Of a DNA stretch of 64,000 bases, positions 55,688-63,850 are shown piece by piece. The DNA comes from a plasmid. The stretch is from sequence record NZ_CP084013.1, one strand, 5' to 3'. The position numbers were made by a program, and so were the translations under genes. The notes under the pieces are model-generated. The model did no database searches. It was not told the DNA's origin and saw nothing but the letters and a program-made list of their open reading frames with translations. Position 1 is the stretch's first letter. Each line of letters starts with the position of its first letter.

Positions 55688-55762
55688 GCTTCCGTAGCTC
55701 AGTGGAATCAGAGCAGACGGCTTCTAATCGTCCGGTCGTGGGTTCGAATCCCACCGGGAGCA
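55688..55762 (+). tRNA. tRNA-Arg (TCT)
   Basis: Acceptor GCTTCCG/CGGGAGC. Anticodon arm GACGG CTTCTAA TCGTC. T-arm GTGGG TTCGAAT CCCAC. Confidence 0.8.
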
Positions 55763-55812
55763 CGAGATCCACACGAATACGTCAACCAGTTTGTTCCTTC
55801 GTGCGGATCGGT

Positions 55813-55897
55813 GGAGTAGTGGCAGAGCGGTCGAATGCGACTGTCCCGAAAGCAGCAGGGGCGCAAGCCCCCGGAGGTTCGAATCCTCCCTACTCCG
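55813..55897 (+). tRNA. tRNA-Ser-like (CGA), type II, with unusual C33 and an A27:C43 mismatch
   Basis: Acceptor GGAGTAG/CTACTCC. Ser-type D-arm. Anticodon arm ACTGT CCCGAAA GCAGC. Variable-arm hairpin AGGGGCGCAAGCCCCC. T-arm GGAGG TTCGAAT CCTCC. Confidence 0.55.
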
Positions 55898-55976
55898 CGA
55901 ACCCCGCATGAAAATCGTTCCCATGAGGGGTTTATCGAGGTTTGGCCGGTGTGCCCCGTACTGAAAACACTGGCAT

Positions 55977-56062
55977 GGATGGTGGGCCGTGCGGCAAAGG
56001 CGCAGTCCTGCTAAGACTGTTGGGGCGGAAGTCCCTGGCGAGTTCGACTCTCGCACCATCCG
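55977..56062 (+). tRNA. tRNA-Ser (GCT), type II
   Basis: Acceptor GGATGGT/ACCATCC. Anticodon arm CAGTC CTGCTAA GACTG. Long variable arm. T-arm GCGAG TTCGACT CTCGC. Confidence 0.8.
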
Positions 56063-56179
56063 CTAGCCGATCTGCAGTGATAGGCCACGGGATAGGACCT
56101 GGAATCCAGTCAGCAAAACGGGTTGGATCGGCATGGCGGAACGCAGTCGGGCATACGTGTCCGATGCGTTCGCGCACAT

Positions 56180-56250
56180 TCCTCCTTGGTGTAACGGCAG
56201 CACACGGGTCTTTGGAACCCATAGTCCTGGTTCGAAACCAGGAGGAGGAG
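56180..56250 (+). tRNA. tRNA-Gln (TTG)
   Basis: Acceptor UCCUCCU/AGGAGGA, with the U1:A72 pair typical of bacterial tRNA-Gln. Anticodon loop CTTTGGA. T-arm CCTGG TTCGAAA CCAGG. Confidence 0.75.
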
Positions 56251-56358
56251 CTTAGCGGCAGCACCTCGAATTGATTTTCCCTCTACACTCGATTCGACGT
56301 TTGTTGTACCGGACATACAGGAGGTCAGGCGCCAACCCAAGCCGCGAAACGACGCCAC

Positions 56359-56431
56359 GCCCTTGTAGCTCAGTGGATAGAGCGTCCGTCTCCGGAACGG
56401 AAGGCCACGAGTCCGATTCTCGTTGAGGGCA
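56359..56431 (+). tRNA. tRNA-Arg (CCG)
   Basis: Acceptor GCCCTTG/TGAGGGC. Anticodon arm TCCGT CTCCGGA ACGGA. T-arm ACGAG TCCGATT CTCGT. Confidence 0.7.
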
Positions 56432-56526
56432 CGCACGAAAACTCCGCCAACCATAATGCACGGAGCCCTTCTTCTCTTCTCTCTCAAACCGTCGCGCCTC
56501 GTACGGCTCGTGCATCACGAGGCAAC

Positions 56527-56599
56527 GCCCTTGTAGCTCAACGGATAGAGCGCCGGTTTCCTAAACCGGGCGCAGCCGGTCCGACTCCGGCCATGGGCA
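56527..56599 (+). tRNA. tRNA-Arg (CCT)
   Basis: Acceptor GCCCTTG/CATGGGC, with one U:U mismatch. Anticodon arm CCGGT TTCCTAA ACCGG. T-arm GCCGG TCCGACT CCGGC. Confidence 0.7.
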
Positions 56600-56603
56600 C
56601 GAT

Positions 56604-56678
56604 GCCTTGTTAGCTCAGTCGGTTAGAGCGCGGAGCTCATAACTCCATGGTCGTTGGTTCAAGCCCAACACGAGGCAC
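56604..56678 (+). tRNA. tRNA-Met (CAT), elongator-type
   Basis: Acceptor GCCTTGT/ACGAGGC. Anticodon loop CTCATAA. T-arm GTTGG TTCAAGC CCAAC. Confidence 0.75.
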
Positions 56679-56809
56679 TAGGATACCGTCGTCAACGTCA
56701 CCGCCTGTTCTCTCGATCCATGGGGAATGGGGATGGAGCGATGGATGGCATTGCAGCTTTTAGTCCTTTCAGCTTAGGCTAAGCCGTTCAGCGTCGGCAT
56801 CCGATAATC

Positions 56810-56883
56810 GCATTGCTAGCTCAGTCGGTTAGATCACCCTGCTCATAACGGGGAGGTCGTTGGTTCGATTCCAGCGCAATGCA
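56810..56883 (+). tRNA. tRNA with CAT anticodon and CCC/GGG anticodon stem (initiator-like stem with paired 1:72; Met or Ile2)
   Basis: Acceptor GCATTGC/GCAATGC. Anticodon arm CCCTG CTCATAA CGGGG. T-arm GTTGG TTCGATT CCAGC. Confidence 0.65.
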
Positions 56884-57014
56884 CGAGTGCCGTATTTTGA
56901 CGGTTCCCGCACTCGGTAAAAACGGAACCGTTGGAGTCCCGACCGGCCTCCGTCGTGATAAATCCCCGGTCAGGCAAACGCATGGGTCGTACGATCATGA
57001 CGCGCAACCGTGCG

Positions 57015-57084
57015 GGGCGTTGGTGTAATGGCAGCACGCCACCCCCTGTGGGTGGAGATCCGGGTTCGAATCCCGTGGCGTCCG
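57015..57084 (+). tRNA. tRNA-Gln-like (CTG), slightly irregular
   Basis: D-arm nearly identical to tRNA-Gln(TTG). Anticodon arm CCACC CCCTGTG GGTGG, with C33. T-arm CGGG TTCGAAT CCCG. Acceptor pairing GGGCGTT/GGCGTCC includes G:U pairs. Confidence 0.5.
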
Positions 57085-57125
57085 CTAAGGAATCCGCTTC
57101 TGATACGGTGTGCGGATTCCTGTTT

Positions 57126-57197
57126 GCGGTGTTAGCACAACGGTTAGTGCCTCAGTCTTCCAAACTGATTACGCGGGTTCGATTCCCGTACACCGCT
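57126..57197 (+). tRNA. tRNA-Gly (TCC)
   Basis: Acceptor GCGGTGT/ACACCGC. Anticodon arm TCAGT CTTCCAA ACTGA. T-arm GCGGG TTCGATT CCCGT. Confidence 0.8.
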
Positions 57198-57615
57198 CGA
57201 TACGATTCCATGCCCGTTGGGAGTTCCCGGCGGGGAAGCCATGACCATGCGACTCGTGTCCGATGATCCGCGCCTCCGTTTGTTCGACGGACACGCGGAT
57301 ATCGCCGGCGCCCATCATTCCAGGATGATGCGAACAGCCCCCGTCGGAGGGGTCGGCGCGAATCCGATCTGCCCATCCGCCAAGTGCGGACAGGGTTTCC
57401 TGAGTCGTAATCGATTACGCCTCTTGTCAGCCGATCCACATGATGTGGAAACGGTCTCGGTGGAGCATGGGCGTCATAGCCCGTGATCCTCGTCATGCCT
57501 CATGCCGTAGTATGCGCGTCCACCGCAAGCATGAGTGCAAGGATCCGGCACGAGTGGCCGGATCGATTGTGGACTGTGCGGATATTGCGACCTCGCAAGG
57601 GTGGTATCCGCACAT

Positions 57616-57689
57616 GCTTTCGTAGCCCAACCGGTAGAGGCAACAGTCTAAGGAACTGTCCAGTCCGGGTTCGAACCCCGGCGAAAGCA
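57616..57689 (+). tRNA. type-I tRNA with apparent anticodon AAG (identity uncertain)
   Basis: Acceptor GCTTTCG/CGAAAGC. Anticodon arm ACAGT CTAAGGA ACTGT. Short variable arm. T-arm CCGGG TTCGAAC CCCGG. An AAG anticodon would read Leu codons, but the fold is not a type-II Leu tRNA. Confidence 0.5.
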
Positions 57690-57965
57690 CCAGCGGAAGC
57701 AACGGCGTCAACGCCACCCGATCCGGTTCGAACGTCTGACGGAACGGGAACGATGCTACGGTAGGTTCTCTCCATAACTGGGACCCGTAACCGTTGCAGC
57801 GCCCACTTCCGCTCATATTCTTGCGGAATATGATGTCAACGCCACCACCCGCCCGCTGCCATATTGGGGCGGAGTGGAACGATGGTCAAGGCGCAGGCCT
57901 GCACCTCAGTGGCCTGAACAGAACCGCCTCTCCAGCATCGTATCCGCAACACCGCTTCGTCCTTT

Positions 57966-58040
57966 AACGGTAGGATGCTCTGTTTTTTTTTGGAGTAATG
58001 CGGGTTCGAATCCCGTCGAAGCACGATGGGCCCAGTGGCC
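57966..58040 (+). pseudogene. tRNA-like element whose anticodon region is a T9 homopolymer (degenerate Lys-TTT-like or slipped)
   Basis: Acceptor GCTTCG/CGAAGC and T-arm GCGGG TTCGAAT CCCGT are present, but the anticodon arm reads CTCTG TTTTTTTTT GGAG. Confidence 0.35.
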
Positions 58041-58162
58041 ACATGCGAAAAAACTGGGTTCCCGAATGGGAGCAGTCTGTGGCCGATGGCATGAACCGGC
58101 CGCAGGACAAGCATCCCTGCCTCGCATGGCCCATCCGCCGTTCCTCATGCCGGAACGGTTCC

Positions 58163-58235
58163 GCCGTCGTAGCTCAGCTGGCAGAGCAGCGCCCTCGTAA
58201 TGCGCAGGTCACCGGTCCGAATCCGGTCGATGGCT
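58163..58235 (+). tRNA. tRNA-Thr (CGT)
   Basis: Acceptor GCCGTCG/CGATGGC. Anticodon arm GCGCC CTCGTAA TGCGC. T-arm ACCGG TCCGAAT CCGGT. Confidence 0.75.
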
Positions 58236-58259
58236 CTTTCTCCACTAAAAACCGACCTG

Positions 58260-59599
58260 TTTGGCCTTTCGCTGTTTGGTGTGGGTGGGTCTGTCAGGTG
58301 GTGACGGTGCTGAGGTCGAGTTTGCCGCAGGTCAGGTAGATCATGGTGCTGAAGTAGCCCATGTTCTTGAATCCGCGGGCTCGGGTCTTGACGTTCTGGA
58401 TGACGCTGTTGAGTCCTTCGAGGATCGCGTTGGTGTAGGGGTGGTCGAAGTAGGCGAGGATGTCCCGCCAGTGGCGGCGTATCTGGCGGGCGAACTCTTT
58501 CATGGGTTCGAGTCGGGAGCGCGTCATCCACGAGCACAGACGCTTGAGGGCCGTCTCGGCCTCGGCTCGATCGGCGCTGGTGTCGTAGATGTCCTGGAGG
58601 GTCTCGCGCATCTGACAGGCGCGTCCGGTTTTCAATCGTCGCCGTTGCAGGCTGCGCTTGGTTTCCAATTGCAGGCCGGTCAGGTTCGATTCGTTCCTCA
58701 ACCACAGGTACTTGGTCCGCTTGAGCAGCGCGTTGCCGCGGGCCTCCTGTTTGCGGACCTTGTCGACGGCCTCGTTGGCGTGTTTGATCACGTGGAACTT
58801 GTCGATGATTCTCGCCGCGTTGGGCAGCCGCTCGCGGATGCCCTTGGCGAACCCCAGGCTCATGTCGCAGGTAACCAGACGCACCCGGTCGGGATCGCCG
58901 TTGTGATCCATGAAATCCCGCGCGAACCGTTTGATCGTGGTCGAGTCCTTGCCCGGGACCACGCAGATTACGTTGCGCTCCACCAGGTCGGCGACCACGG
59001 TGATGTACCGGTGGCCCTTCCGGCTGGTCTCGTCGATGCCTATGGCCTCCACGCCCGTGTAGTCCTCGTAAAGCCTCGCCTCGTCCACGTAATGGCGGAT
59101 GAACCGCCACAGGCGGGTGTCATGTTCGCCGACCTGCTCGGCGATGTCCGCGACCGGCTGGCTTTTGGCCAGCTCCACGACCATCGCCTCGAACAGGAGC
59201 GTGAACCCGCTTCCCGGCCTCGCCCACGGCACCGGGACCGCGTGCACGCCGTGGGCGGGGCACGTCACGCGCGGCACGCCCGCGTGAATGAACGCCTTGT
59301 ACTGGAAGAAGTTCAGATGCCGCCACACGCGCTCCCTCGCGTCATGCACCGGACACGCGGCCTCGCCGCACCCCGGTTCCGGGCAGGGGAACCGCGAACC
59401 CGCCGCGAACCCGATCGCGATATGCAGTTCCCGTCTGCCGTCCTCCTCGTCACGGAACTCCACGCCCGACACCCTCCACGGGTCAGGCAGTTGCAGAGCG
59501 GCGGTGAACAACGACGTGGTATCCATACCCCCCAAACTACCCGACCAGCACCACCACCCCCCGACCCACTCACCCACACCAAACAGCGAAAGGCCAAAA
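58260..59599 (-). mobile_element. ISL3-family insertion sequence
   Basis: 28-bp terminal inverted repeats with one mismatch (24 bp are perfect): GGCCTTTCGCTGTTTGGTGTGGGTGGGT at 58260-58287 is the reverse complement of 59572-59599. No target-site duplication is obvious. The insertion lies about 25 bp after the last tRNA. Confidence 0.8.
58294..59526 (-). CDS. ISL3-family DDE transposase
   Basis: 'MDTTSLFTAALQLPDPWRV...' with the N-terminal zinc-binding region and C-terminal DDE region characteristic of ISL3 transposases. Start taken at the internal 'MDTTSLF'. Confidence 0.8.
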   Translation of the reverse strand: MDTTSLFTAALQLPDPWRVSGVEFRDEEDGRRELHIAIGFAAGSRFPCPEPGCGEAACPVHDARERVWRHLNFFQYKAFIHAGVPRVTCPAHGVHAVPVPWARPGSGFTLLFEAMVVELAKSQPVADIAEQVGEHDTRLWRFIRHYVDEARLYEDYTGVEAIGIDETSRKGHRYITVVADLVERNVICVVPGKDSTTIKRFARDFMDHNGDPDRVRLVTCDMSLGFAKGIRERLPNAARIIDKFHVIKHANEAVDKVRKQEARGNALLKRTKYLWLRNESNLTGLQLETKRSLQRRRLKTGRACQMRETLQDIYDTSADRAEAETALKRLCSWMTRSRLEPMKEFARQIRRHWRDILAYFDHPYTNAILEGLNSVIQNVKTRARGFKNMGYFSTMIYLTCGKLDLSTVTT

Positions 59600-59639
59600 A
59601 ATACTCATCGGTTTCCTTGTCGTTCTGAATTACGGTCTC

Positions 59640-59834
59640 TTATCGGCCCGCCATCGGCTGATATCCGTCGAGTTCTCGAAGCAGTTCCTCCTGCCAGTCC
59701 TTGTCATCAAGGGACTGCTTCTTCTCCTTTTCGAACCAGCAGGAAGAGCAGAGTCCGGTCTGTCTCTCATCTGCCGACAGGAGGGTTCCACATCCTCGGC
59801 AGAAGTGGTTCAGGATTTTCGTTCGGAACCGCAT
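59640..59834 (-). CDS. small zinc-ribbon protein, hypothetical
   Basis: 'CRGCGTLL...CSSCW'. Confidence 0.35.
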   Translation of the reverse strand: MRFRTKILNHFCRGCGTLLSADERQTGLCSSCWFEKEKKQSLDDKDWQEELLRELDGYQPMAGR

Positions 59835-60091
59835 TTCATTTCCTTTCGCGCATCGTTGAAGGCTTTGAACGCTTCGTTGATGTACCGGTTCTGATCTCGT
59901 TTCGGGAGTTGCCCGAAGTCGAGAATCTGACGGCCACTACGACCTTCGACGAGCCGGTATAGGGCTTTCGTCGCGGCAAGAACCTCGGCGGTGGTGCCAA
60001 GATCCGCAGCGTCAACCGTTCTCTTGTGCAGTGGTCCAGGAATAGGCGGAGAGAGACGCAGTTGGTCGAAAATGTTGGTGACGGATTGCAT
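59810..60091 (-). CDS. hypothetical protein
   Basis: 93-aa ORF overlapping its neighbours by a few codons. Confidence 0.35.
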   Translation of the reverse strand: MQSVTNIFDQLRLSPPIPGPLHKRTVDAADLGTTAEVLAATKALYRLVEGRSGRQILDFGQLPKRDQNRYINEAFKAFNDARKEMKCGSERKS

Positions 60092-60100
60092 TCTCTCCCC

Positions 60101-60769
60101 TCACAGTTCTTCATCATGGAATCGGAATGGAGCTTTCGAGGACAGATCCTTTGTCGTTGAATCGTTGACGTTTTCTCCCGTCTTGCCGATTAGCAGCGCA
60201 GGGCCGTTCATCCAACGCCCATCGGACTCGCGTATCTGCATGATCCAAAGCTCCTGACCGTTTTTCCACACGGTGTACAGGCCGTCTGACTTGTCCTCCC
60301 ACAGTCCGGGGCGATCCGGAATTCGTGCGGGTGCCGGTCGCAAAGCATGGTCGAATGCGTCGTCATCAATCCGATAGGTGTTGGAGTCAATCAGGACTAG
60401 ACAATGGCCGTCATCGGTGATTTCCTGTACTGGATATTTGTTCCCGTTCGTTTGCACGAAGACGTCTCTGGGTTGCACGCCGGTGATGTCTTCGATGATT
60501 TTGTATTCGGGTTCGTCGGGTAGCAGCTTGATGCTGACGGGTGCTTTCTGCCGGGTGAGTTCCATGAATCCGTCATGGCCTTCGTGGAACAGTTCGCCGA
60601 TGTCGAAGCCGTTGACAGTGTATTGCCGGGCTCCGAGCGTGTGTCCGATTCCGGGAGTGAGTCGGAATTCGAGGATCATGTCGCCGCCGTATGCGGAGAC
60701 TCGTACCCGTCGGTTTCTGAGCTGGGCGAATGTCATGTTTCGCCAGAAGCGTTTGTCGTGTTCTTCCAT
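60101..60769 (-). CDS. hypothetical protein
   Basis: 222 aa. The motif lies upstream in the reverse orientation. Confidence 0.45.
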   Translation of the reverse strand: MEEHDKRFWRNMTFAQLRNRRVRVSAYGGDMILEFRLTPGIGHTLGARQYTVNGFDIGELFHEGHDGFMELTRQKAPVSIKLLPDEPEYKIIEDITGVQPRDVFVQTNGNKYPVQEITDDGHCLVLIDSNTYRIDDDAFDHALRPAPARIPDRPGLWEDKSDGLYTVWKNGQELWIMQIRESDGRWMNGPALLIGKTGENVNDSTTKDLSSKAPFRFHDEEL

Positions 60770-60802
60770 TGGTTGTCGTTGTTTTCTTTCGATTTATGTG
60801 GA

Positions 60803-60830
60803 CGTATTTAGTATAACAAGTAAAAGAGAA
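60803..60830 (-). promoter_or_regulatory. conserved element motif (reverse orientation), upstream of the minus-strand gene 60101-60769
   Basis: The plus strand reads TTATGTGGACGTATTTAGTATAACAAG. Confidence 0.55.
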
Positions 60831-60857
60831 TTAAGGGGAGGGGGTGAATCTTCGGAG

Positions 60858-60884
60858 TGTCGCGATATGCTGAACGCGTCCACA
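60858..60884 (+). promoter_or_regulatory. partial motif copy, divergent, upstream of 61035-61445
   Basis: TGCTGAACGCGTCCACATAAAAAAAC. Confidence 0.4.
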
Positions 60885-61034
60885 TAAAAAAACAAAAGAT
60901 ACACACCGAGAAAACAGCGGAACCCCCAACGCAATTACCTCAGGGCCACCACAAGCGATGCCGAAGACGGCGATTGCGGTTCCCCCAAAACGACAAAACG
61001 TAATCGGTTGATATCAAAAAAAACAGGAGCCAAC

Positions 61035-61445
61035 ATGACCTTCACGGCAGAACCGAACATCGGATCGCACCTCGTCGAAGCGACACCACCAAACCTCTTG
61101 GAGCGCTTCGACGAACACATCAAATTTCTCCGGGAATGCAAAATCACCTTCACGAGAAGCATCGGAAGAGGGGACATCCCGTACACGAAAAGCGCGATGA
61201 CATTGCTCAACAACATCGACGTGCTGATCGCCGGCGAGGAAGCCGACAAGGAAGTCCTCCGATTCAACAGCGGGGACATGATGGGCATGATACCGCCAGC
61301 CACCAAGCACTATAGGCCCGACCTCGACCTCAGGACCCAGAGTCTCATGGACGGCGGATACACCGAAGCGATGATCAATTCAGACAGGCAGATGTGGGGC
61401 GGCTCGCCCATCTCATTCCCGAACGGCCCGCAGTGGAACAAATAA
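61035..61445 (+). CDS. hypothetical protein
   Basis: GGAG RBS before the ATG at 61035. 136 aa. Confidence 0.45.
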   Translation: MTFTAEPNIGSHLVEATPPNLLERFDEHIKFLRECKITFTRSIGRGDIPYTKSAMTLLNNIDVLIAGEEADKEVLRFNSGDMMGMIPPATKHYRPDLDLRTQSLMDGGYTEAMINSDRQMWGGSPISFPNGPQWNK

Positions 61446-61455
61446 GAACCACGAC

Positions 61456-61510
61456 CGGCGGGCATGCCGAGTGACGACCCCAACGCCTCCAGCATGCCCG
61501 CCTTTTTTTT
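61456..61510 (+). terminator. rho-independent terminator
   Basis: Stem CGGCGGGCATGC...GCATGCCCGCC followed by T8. Confidence 0.55.
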
Positions 61511-61901
61511 GACCAACTTGGACGGCGCGTCGGCCGTCGAATCCGGATGCGAATCGGTGTGAATCGGAGGTTGTTTTTTCTGATGGCGAGGCATAAGTCT
61601 CACGAGGAGGAACCATTGGGTTGGAGTGTCGGTGATTTCGCTTTGTCGGATCCGGGGTGTCGACTGTATATCGACATGGCCCGGAATGCGTATGGGAAAC
61701 TCGACCCGAAACTGGTGTCCTGCAGAATTCATTACCGGCTGCAGTGTCTGAACCTCAGTCCCAGGAAGAAAGGCCAGTAGGTCTTCGGTTCGACGGTGTA
61801 AAACAAGCATCTGCCTTACTGGGTATGTTGGCATGTCGCGTATGAAAAACCGTAAAATTGTTGGTATCAACCGAAAAAGCAAAAACAGGGGAAGAGTCGG
61901 G

Positions 61902-62666
61902 ATGCTCAACAAAATACACAGGCTGAGAAGCGTCGGGATGGACAACGGCATAGCCACAGGATTCGGAATTCTTTACGTCGCGGAAGAGGCATACCCGCTC
62001 ATCCCATACGTGCGCGGCAACGAACATCCGCTCGCATTCGGCAGGACGCCTCGACTCCTAAGCATCCTGTTCACGACATTCGTGAACACACAAAACGCGG
62101 ATTACAACGGCAAGACCAGGACGCTGACCATCGGCAAGGACGTACGGCAAGTGGCCCGCAGAATGGGCATGCTGACGGGAGGCTGCGGCCGACAGAATAC
62201 GGTCACCAGCATCATCGGCTATCAGGACATCACGTTCACTTCAAGGGACGGCAAAGAAATAAAACCGATCGAAGAGACGAACATCGTCCAAGGCGAAAGC
62301 TGGAACGAAAAAACCATTACCTTCACTTGGGAATACGTCCGATTGATGTCGCGCGAACCGAAGGAGATTCCTCTTTCCGCCGTCGTCGGAACCAGTGGCG
62401 GAAGCCTGTCCTTGGATCTGCTGGTGTTCGCGACGCTCTACTGTCCGGAGCAGAAGGAACTGTATATCAGTCGAAATAATCTATACAAGATCGTCCCCGG
62501 TACGAGCACGGAGACGGTGTCCACCAAGCACCTCACCGTCAGCCTCACAAAGCTCAACCAGATTCAGAAAATCTGGGTATTCTCGTTGACGAGGGCGGGC
62601 CTCGTGATCAGACCATACGGGATGCCGCCAAAGGCGGAGAACCGTGTGCAGCTCATCGCGGAATAA
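61902..62666 (+). CDS. RepA-like DNA-binding protein (paralog 3); alternative start at 61833
   Basis: 'FGRTPRLLSILFTTF' and 'LDLLVFATLYC' parallel the PRL and (L/Y)D(V/L)Y(V/I)WL blocks of the other two RepA-like proteins. A GGGGAAGAG RBS precedes the ATG at 61902. Confidence 0.4.
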   Translation: MLNKIHRLRSVGMDNGIATGFGILYVAEEAYPLIPYVRGNEHPLAFGRTPRLLSILFTTFVNTQNADYNGKTRTLTIGKDVRQVARRMGMLTGGCGRQNTVTSIIGYQDITFTSRDGKEIKPIEETNIVQGESWNEKTITFTWEYVRLMSREPKEIPLSAVVGTSGGSLSLDLLVFATLYCPEQKELYISRNNLYKIVPGTSTETVSTKHLTVSLTKLNQIQKIWVFSLTRAGLVIRPYGMPPKAENRVQLIAE

Positions 62667-62671
62667 TAAAA

Positions 62672-62709
62672 AACGGTTGGATACGGATCCATGTTCGTAT
62701 CCAACCGTT
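62672..62709 (+). terminator. bidirectional hairpin terminator between convergent genes
   Basis: AACGGTTGGATACG...CGTATCCAACCGTT, with A/T tracts on both sides. Confidence 0.55.
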
Positions 62710-62732
62710 CAAGCATCCCGAGATGCCGGCCG

Positions 62733-63401
62733 TCAGATTTTCAGCTTCTCAACCACACTGAGATCAACGCCGTCACCCCAGTGTTCAGCCACCGCATTGA
62801 CATCCTTCATCGGCTCACCGGACGCGCGGCCGAAACCACGATCCGGTTCGGCGGCATTCAAAACAGCGAACAGAGTCTTGGACAGAGTCTTGTCTTCCAT
62901 GAACGCGAAAGCAAGCCTCATCTTCAGGTCGGACGGTTGAGCGCCAGCCAGTTCCTTGACGAACTTGGAGAATTCGGCGACCCGCTTCCGCGTCTTGGTT
63001 TCCGTCAACACCTCAAGCAGAACCGGAGCGTCGGTCTTGCTGGTCTCGCACAGAATCTTGGCGATGTTCGCGGTACGGTCATCGGAAAGAACGTCGAGCA
63101 TGTCCTTGATCTTCGCGTACGAGGCGGCTTCCAAATGAGGGAAGGACGAGTTTTTCTTCGCGGTCTTGCGCCGCGTGGTCTTGGCACCCTTGACGGAGGT
63201 TTCTTCCTCACGGTCGGGCGTTGTCTCATCGACGGAATCCGTCTCTTCCGGCTGGACGTCAGGCTGAGAATCCTCGCCCGATGCCGACCAGTTCTCAGAA
63301 TCGTCCGCTTGCCCGGCTTCGTTCACCGGCTTGGAATCGTCGACCGGCGCCGGGGCTGGGGTCGGGGTGCCGAAATTGTTGTTCCATGGAAAATCTGCCA
63401 T
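62733..63401 (-). CDS. hypothetical acidic protein
   Basis: AAGGGAG RBS before the ATG at 63401. The N-terminal half is D/E/P-rich and low-complexity. Confidence 0.45.
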   Translation of the reverse strand: MADFPWNNNFGTPTPAPAPVDDSKPVNEAGQADDSENWSASGEDSQPDVQPEETDSVDETTPDREEETSVKGAKTTRRKTAKKNSSFPHLEAASYAKIKDMLDVLSDDRTANIAKILCETSKTDAPVLLEVLTETKTRKRVAEFSKFVKELAGAQPSDLKMRLAFAFMEDKTLSKTLFAVLNAAEPDRGFGRASGEPMKDVNAVAEHWGDGVDLSVVEKLKI

Positions 63402-63539
63402 CGTTAACTCCCTTCGTCAAGGCAGGACCGTTCGAGTGAACCGTCTTCAACGACTGTATCCGAGCAAACAACGAATAACCGAAAAAATATTGAAATTAAC
63501 CGTTTTGACTTCGGCGCGGCGTCGCGCGGCCGCCGTTTC

Positions 63540-63850
63540 TCATGCAAACTAGCGGACCAGAAAAATCACGGACAAAAACAAAAGAGCAGACAGGCAACCA
63601 AGAAAAGTCAGAAAAAAAGAAGAGAAGAAAAAATAAGAAAAAGACAATCCGAGAACAAGAGAAAGAAGCCAACCCGCAACACATCACACAAACACCAAGA
63701 CACCATTACCACATCACAGCAGGGTAAAACCAGAGCAACGAACCGCAACATTGCCAACAAAGCAACGAACCTACGGAACGAAAACGCAACAAAGCAACGA
63801 ACCGCAACAACCCATACATCAGCAAAGTCATCATCCTGAATGGTTAATTT
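63540..63850 (+). repeat. strand-asymmetric A/C-rich non-coding region (almost T-free on the plus strand) with direct repeats of AAAGCAACGAACC / CAACGAACCGCAACA
   Basis: Repeat copies at about 63727, 63757 and 63789, plus purine-rich runs of AAGAAAAG. Confidence 0.5.

Noticed and set aside
57966-58040. Functional tRNA-Lys with an expanded anticodon loop
   Set aside because: The anticodon region is a T9 homopolymer that cannot form a standard 7-nt loop. I treat it as a pseudogene or a sequencing slippage artefact rather than a working tRNA.
58261-59628. 455-aa plus-strand ORF
   Set aside because: Antisense to the ISL3 transposase, which has the canonical N-terminus.
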